Virus record (IMG/VR): IMGVR_UViG_3300037067_005124
Span: 7,760 to 71,759 of that record
Direction: 5' to 3' (one strand)
Source: a virus
Lineage: Duplodnaviria > Caudoviricetes
DNA: 64,000 nucleotides
The notes under the pieces were generated by a model. The model was given only the letters and a program-made list of their open reading frames with translations, was not told where the DNA came from and did not search any database. This document shows positions 58,684-64,000 of the stretch, piece after piece. The position numbers were made by a program, and so were the translations under genes. The first letter of the stretch is position 1. Each line of letters starts with the position of its first letter.

Positions 58684-60417
58684 ATGGATGATTTAAAAAA
58701 GCTTATAAAAGACATTAAGCTTTATTGTGTAAAATTTTTAAAGATCCGTGATAAAAACGGTAACATAATACAGTTTACACCAAACGATTCCCAGGAAATT
58801 TTAATCGGAATAATCGAGGACTGGAAAGCAAAATACCCCGATCCGCTAACAAGACCGACACTGTTTATTATCATCCTTAAAGCGCGGCAAATAGGATTTT
58901 CCAGTATTATACAGGCTATATTTTTTCACGAATTGCATTTCAGCCCAAACAAAGTTGCTATGGTAATTTCGTATGATGAAAAATCCGCACAGAATGTGTC
59001 GGAAATGGCAGACAGGTTTTTTCAACATCTTCCGAAGTTCATCAAGCCCATGCGGAGGCCAGCGAGGGGCAAAGGGATATTATTTGAGAATCCAACAAAT
59101 AACCCGGCAGAATTTGAAACAAATCCCGGACTGCAAAGCAAGCTTTTGATAGATACGGCAGGAAATGCAAACGCAGGTTCATCGTTTACTATAAACTTTC
59201 TGCATATTTCGGAATTAAGTAAGTGGGCTAACGCAAAAGAAACATTAACATCATTGCTGCAAGCCGTTCCGCAGTATGGCGGGATAGTTTTTCTGGAAAG
59301 TACCGCAAACGGAATCGAGTACTTCCATAAGTTATGGCAACAGGCCAAAAGGAAAGAAATTAATTATGTAAATATGTTCGTTCCGTGGTGGAAACACAAG
59401 GAATATGTAAAACCTTTTGATTCAGACGTCGAACGGGAATTATTTGTATTTGATGACACAGAAAAGGAACTCCAGGAACTATACAACCTAACACTTGAAC
59501 AATTGAACTGGCGCAGGGAAACAATAAAGACAAAATGTAATGGTGATGTTGATATTTATTGCCAAGAGTACCCTTCGTCGGATGATGAAGCGTTTCTTAC
59601 TTCTGGACGTCCGGTGTACGATAGGATGAAAATTGCCAAGAGAATTAAGTATCTTGAAGAACTTTATTTAGTAAAACCGCCTGATATCGGATATATTGAC
59701 TTTGTTAATGGCAAATACAAATTTATACCGGACAAAAAAGGTACAGTGATAATCTACCAACACCCCAAGCCAAACGTTCCCTATGTAATCGGCGGCGATA
59801 TAGCCGAAGGTCTTAAAAATGGCGATTGGAGCGTATCACAAGCATGCGACAATACTACAGGTGAGCAGATAGCAAAACAAAGAATGCACATTCACCCCGA
59901 CCTGTGGGCATTAGAACAAATAAAACTTGCCAAATATTACAACCAGGCTTTAATAAATGATGAAATAAACAACCATGGACATGTTACAATAACAGCCTTA
60001 AAGCGTGAGGGATATTACAACCAATATAAGCGCGAAATCTTCGACAGGATATCGCAAACCAAAGAACAAAAATTCGGTTTTGATACCAAGGAACAATCAC
60101 GGCAAAGGGTTATTGACCGCACAAGGGCAATTGTGAGGGACGAGATAGACCTCATAAACGACCTTGAAACACTCAGGGAAATGCAAACATTCATTTATAA
60201 CGACAGTGGTAAAGAGGAGGCCGAAAGTGATTGCTTTGACGATTGCGTCCTTTCTCTTGCCATCATGCACGAAGCCCGTTCACAGCAAAGAGCTTATGCA
60301 CCAATTCAGCCGCAACAGCAAGACCCTAATAAATATATTCACCCATCGGTATTGATAGATTCAACCACAAACCCGCAACTGAAACGATATTATCAAAAGA
60401 AATTCGGGAGGAAATGA
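58684..60417 (+). CDS. Terminase large subunit
   Basis: ILKARQIGFSS Walker A, FLHISE Walker B, ESTANG, IGGDIAEG..GDWS and FDDCVLSLAI nuclease motifs. Confidence 0.92.
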   Translation: MDDLKKLIKDIKLYCVKFLKIRDKNGNIIQFTPNDSQEILIGIIEDWKAKYPDPLTRPTLFIIILKARQIGFSSIIQAIFFHELHFSPNKVAMVISYDEKSAQNVSEMADRFFQHLPKFIKPMRRPARGKGILFENPTNNPAEFETNPGLQSKLLIDTAGNANAGSSFTINFLHISELSKWANAKETLTSLLQAVPQYGGIVFLESTANGIEYFHKLWQQAKRKEINYVNMFVPWWKHKEYVKPFDSDVERELFVFDDTEKELQELYNLTLEQLNWRRETIKTKCNGDVDIYCQEYPSSDDEAFLTSGRPVYDRMKIAKRIKYLEELYLVKPPDIGYIDFVNGKYKFIPDKKGTVIIYQHPKPNVPYVIGGDIAEGLKNGDWSVSQACDNTTGEQIAKQRMHIHPDLWALEQIKLAKYYNQALINDEINNHGHVTITALKREGYYNQYKREIFDRISQTKEQKFGFDTKEQSRQRVIDRTRAIVRDEIDLINDLETLREMQTFIYNDSGKEEAESDCFDDCVLSLAIMHEARSQQRAYAPIQPQQQDPNKYIHPSVLIDSTTNPQLKRYYQKKFGRK

Positions 60418-60418
60418 A

Positions 60419-60766
60419 ATGAACTATGAAAGCAAACAAACACCTGAGATTCACTTAGCACCTACGGTAAAGCCAATAAAGGACATTCCCAAACGTCCCG
60501 AGGAAAAGCCTGTCATGGTGTACGATCTGTCCAAAGACAACCTGATGGAATATGCCGCGACAAGACTATTGGCGATTCCTTTCGATGAAAAGACTTTTAA
60601 AACGGACGATATTTACATGAAATCATATCTTGCATCGTTTATCAAAGGTGTTATAGCTTATGCAACTTTAGGCTTTAGAGACATAGGTTTTCCGGTGAGT
60701 GAATTTATTGAAAAGCAAAGAACAGCAGCAGAAAAGGCTTTAATCCGAAAACGAATTTTAAGGTAG
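60419..60766 (+). CDS. Hypothetical protein between TerL and portal
   Basis: Coupled ORF. Confidence 0.5.
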   Translation: MNYESKQTPEIHLAPTVKPIKDIPKRPEEKPVMVYDLSKDNLMEYAATRLLAIPFDEKTFKTDDIYMKSYLASFIKGVIAYATLGFRDIGFPVSEFIEKQRTAAEKALIRKRILR

Positions 60767-60773
60767 TGGTGAT

Positions 60774-62753
60774 ATGTTTGAAGGAATTAAAACCCTATAC
60801 AGAGGGGTGAAGAAGAAAATGGATGAAATAAAAGAATTTGACGAAATGACCCGCAAAGCTTCTGTTTTGACGGAAGAATTTGAATCGGCAATAAAAGAAA
60901 AGCAACCATGGGATGATAAGTTCGACCGTGAAGAAAAGATTTACACAGGCAACAGGACGTTCGGCAACACATACTCTGCCAAGTCAACAGACGATGCCAG
61001 AACACCTATAAGAATATCCCAGGCCATTATAGAAGCACAAATTGATCTTAACATTCCTGAAGCCGTATTTAAACCCATATCCGAAGATGATGAAGAATCA
61101 GTCAGAAAGCTTCAGGCCGAAGCTGATTATACCATACGGAGTTCAGACCTTGACGAAATCAATTCAACTGCCGAAAGAGAAGTTAAAAAACACGGCATAA
61201 CGGTTTATAAGGTTTTGTGGGACTTCAATTACATCGGTCCGGGGTTCAGGGGTAAGCCTGAAATTATTACTATCCACCCCAAAAACATAGCATGGGCAGC
61301 TGGGACAACAGATAAAAATAAATGCCCCGTGTGGTATCATATTGAAAACATAACTTTGCAGGAATGTATTAGGAAATACGGCGATATCGCCAGAAAGTTA
61401 CCGGAGTACGGACTTTGTGCAGACATAAAATATGATTCTGTCGGTAATGGTAAAGGTTCAAATGTTAATAATACCAATGATGTAAATTCAGATGTTGAAC
61501 TGTTTGCACAGCAAAAAAACAATCCTTTGACTAAGTATGCCATAGTGGAAAAATGGTATCTTGACGAGGGTGACGAAGTGTGCATGACGGCATTTAGCGA
61601 TAAACTGATTTTAGACGAAATGCCGAAATTCTACCACAGAAGAAAATACAATGCCGAAACGGAAGAATTTGAGAAGGACAAAGATGGAAACGAGGTTCTT
61701 CTTGATTCTGAAACCGTTACAGACGGTTACACGACCGAAGAGGAAATCAAAGACGAAAGCGGAAAAAAGATTAAAGTACCAAAAGTCAAGATTCCCAAAG
61801 ACACAGAGATTCCTTACTACTATCCGAAAGGATATAAGTCGCTGCCGTTTATTATTCAGAATAACATTCCCCGTTCAAAGTCAATTGTTGGAATATCTGA
61901 CATTGAAAGAACTGCAGACTTTGAAGAAACCATGAAAAAGATGGTTTACAAGCACGAAGAAAAGATTCTAAAAGGCACAACCAAAGTCTTGTATAACGAA
62001 CAGATTGAACAGGAAGCCGCACAGCAACTTGATAACGACGAATTATCCGTTATCGGAGTACATGACGTTAACAATTTTAAACCTGTTGACTTTAAAGACA
62101 ACGGACGCGAAGCCTTAGAATTTTATCAGTTCATCAGCGAACAACTCCAATACATGATAGGTGTTACCTCCGTCTGGCAGGGCATAAACAAAGGCGAATC
62201 AAGTTCTGGTAAAATGACTGATTCCCTTATTAACCAGACCGCTGAAAAAATCGGCATCAAAGCCAATGAAAAAAATATCGCCTATAAACGAATTTATCAG
62301 CTATTGTGCGATTTCATACTATGCTTTTCAGACGGTAACAGACCGTATAGGATAGATTCAAAACTAAAACCTGAATACGGGACGTTTAACAAATTGGACA
62401 TGGTACGTATGGACGCTTCGGGAAATCCAATGTGGACAGGGTACGATATAGAAATAAGCACAGAACCCGCCATGAATAGAAACCGTGACCAGCTTATAAA
62501 GCAAATCACCGAAATGGCTCCGTATTATGTTGCGACACCTGAAAACCTGCTTATATGGAAACTATTAGAAAAAGCCAATTTTCCGAATGCAGAATCGGTA
62601 ATCCAGACTTTGCAGGAACAGCTTGACCAACAAATGCAACTAGAACAGGAACAGATCAATCAAGAGCAGAAACTGCAAAGCAGTCCACAGGGGCAACTTT
62701 TGAATTCCATTGCTCAGAAAATAGGTGGAAACAGCGGTCAGGTTGGGGCATAA
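60774..62753 (+). CDS. Portal protein (P22-like large podoviral type)
   Basis: 659 aa after TerL; WDDKFDREEKIYTG; YPFI.....PRSKSIVGISDI; Gln-rich tail. Confidence 0.8.
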   Translation: MFEGIKTLYRGVKKKMDEIKEFDEMTRKASVLTEEFESAIKEKQPWDDKFDREEKIYTGNRTFGNTYSAKSTDDARTPIRISQAIIEAQIDLNIPEAVFKPISEDDEESVRKLQAEADYTIRSSDLDEINSTAEREVKKHGITVYKVLWDFNYIGPGFRGKPEIITIHPKNIAWAAGTTDKNKCPVWYHIENITLQECIRKYGDIARKLPEYGLCADIKYDSVGNGKGSNVNNTNDVNSDVELFAQQKNNPLTKYAIVEKWYLDEGDEVCMTAFSDKLILDEMPKFYHRRKYNAETEEFEKDKDGNEVLLDSETVTDGYTTEEEIKDESGKKIKVPKVKIPKDTEIPYYYPKGYKSLPFIIQNNIPRSKSIVGISDIERTADFEETMKKMVYKHEEKILKGTTKVLYNEQIEQEAAQQLDNDELSVIGVHDVNNFKPVDFKDNGREALEFYQFISEQLQYMIGVTSVWQGINKGESSSGKMTDSLINQTAEKIGIKANEKNIAYKRIYQLLCDFILCFSDGNRPYRIDSKLKPEYGTFNKLDMVRMDASGNPMWTGYDIEISTEPAMNRNRDQLIKQITEMAPYYVATPENLLIWKLLEKANFPNAESVIQTLQEQLDQQMQLEQEQINQEQKLQSSPQGQLLNSIAQKIGGNSGQVGA

Positions 62754-62839
62754 GAAAGGCACATAATTACATATAGCACTTTACAATATACGTTATGTGT
62801 GATACAATATAAGCATAATATATTTATGGAGGTGCTTAT

Positions 62840-63450
62840 ATGGAACTAATAACCAATGAACAGTATGAAGAAAAAACAAGAAAAAGAAAATTGACCGGAA
62901 AAATAAAGATTTATTTTCCACCAAACTACGGAAATAAAGATGGACGGCAATGTTACTTTGATGATACCGGATTAACTAATGAAAAGGAATATGAAGTCGT
63001 TGCCTGGAATTCACATTATCCCACTATAATTGACGACACTGGATGCTTGAAAGACTTATTGTGCACGGCGTTTGATATTGTTGAACCTGTAGCGTTAAAG
63101 GAGGCTGTCTAATGTCTCCTAGAAGAAAACCAAATCAACCGGCAATGAAATACTGGGGCTTTTACGCATCGGAAGAACTGAAAGCAGAAACAATAAAGTG
63201 TGCTGAACAATTAAATATATCAGATAGTGAGTATATAAGAATTGCAATTGAAGCGTACAACCTTATAGTTAGACTACCATTGGATAGCACACATAATACA
63301 GTAAGCAATCTAGCTGAACAATTTAAAGAAGCCGAGGCAAAGGGTGAGGTATTACATTTGGATGCAAGAACCGCTGATAACACACATAAGAATAATACAG
63401 TAAGCAAGCCCGACAAGATGGTACAGTCCTTTATGAAAGGTGGGAAGTAA
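62840..63450 (+). CDS. Two accessory ORFs after the portal (the second RHH-like), own sigma-A promoter
   Basis: TTTACA-17-TACAAT upstream; 63112 ORF YWGFYASEELKAETIKCAEQLNISDSEYIRIAI. Confidence 0.55.
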
Positions 63451-64000
63451 AATGGTATATTGCAACAGGTTGGACTGCACAAATAATGTTGAATCATCAA
63501 GCGATATGAGAATATGTATTGAAGCCGATATTGACATAGACGAGAATGGAAACTGTATGTCATGCACAGTTGAGGATATGAAAGGTGGGAAATGATATGA
63601 GGTGCTTGTTTTGCGGCAAGGAAATACCAGAAGAAAAAGCCAAAATAATCAAGGCAATGGCAATTGACCCACTATGTAATGAGTATTGTCAAAGCATGTA
63701 CAACTTTGACTCTGTGTACTATACCCAAATCAGGGAAGTTTTGAAGGGTGGGAAGTAAGGATGAATTTTTACATAACCGGAATAGATAAAAATGGCATGT
63801 GCTGTAAAGATGATGAAAATTGCAAGAAGGTAGATATTGGGACAAAAGAAGAATTGCTTGCGAGGCATAGCGACTTAACGCCTGTGGATTTCGGGGACGG
63901 TATAACAGTAGAAGGAGAGTAAGAGAATGAGAGAGTTAATTAATGCAATGCTATATTTGTTGTACAAAAGAAACGTAATAGCTAAAGAGGAATACGAGCA

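Larger units (their letters stand above)
1..64000. mobile_element. Temperate phage genome (excised/circular form), podovirus-like, Firmicutes host
   Basis: TerS, TerL, portal, nozzle/adaptor, ejection proteins, holin-amidase, integrase, CI/Cro, ERF, RusA; no host housekeeping genes; attP intact in mid-window; no tape measure, tail tube or sheath seen. Confidence 0.93.

Overview
This 64-kb window is almost the whole genome of a temperate, probably podovirus-like phage of a Firmicute (likely Clostridia: GGAGG ribosome-binding sites, sigma-A and sigma-H promoters, ArpU and AbrB regulators). Gene order: head-tail adaptor, nozzle, fibre, tailspike and ejection proteins (1-15.7 kb); lysis (18.4-19.4 kb); intact attP, tyrosine integrase and immunity switch (24.2-26.7 kb); early recombination/replication genes (27-39.7 kb); an accessory island (39.8-43.4 kb); TerS; a 14.7-kb cargo block; TerL; portal. 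No capsid or scaffold gene is visible, so these must lie outside the window. The attP core is a tRNA-Glu-like 3' end with phage genes and arm-type repeats on both sides, so this is the excised or circular form. Two systems stand out. (1) A dispersed, nearly complete nonulosonic-acid (legionaminic/sialic-acid-like) pathway: DegT aminotransferase, NeuD, NeuC, NeuB, cytidylyltransferase, oxidoreductase and class-III aminotransferase, plus a Maf/DUF115 protein glycosyltransferase and a sialidase-fold enzyme. This suggests phage-directed glycosylation of the virion or of host flagellin. (2) A solitary type I-C CRISPR-repeat mimic with its own promoter and terminator, a candidate RNA anti-CRISPR, lying between small unknown genes. 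Also notable: an ADP-ribosyltransferase-like domain in the giant ejection protein, a sigma-region-4/alpha-CTD fusion, a tRNA-like RNA with a G3-U70 pair, and a kissing-loop leader upstream of a methylase. All calls come from motif recognition by eye; no searches were run.
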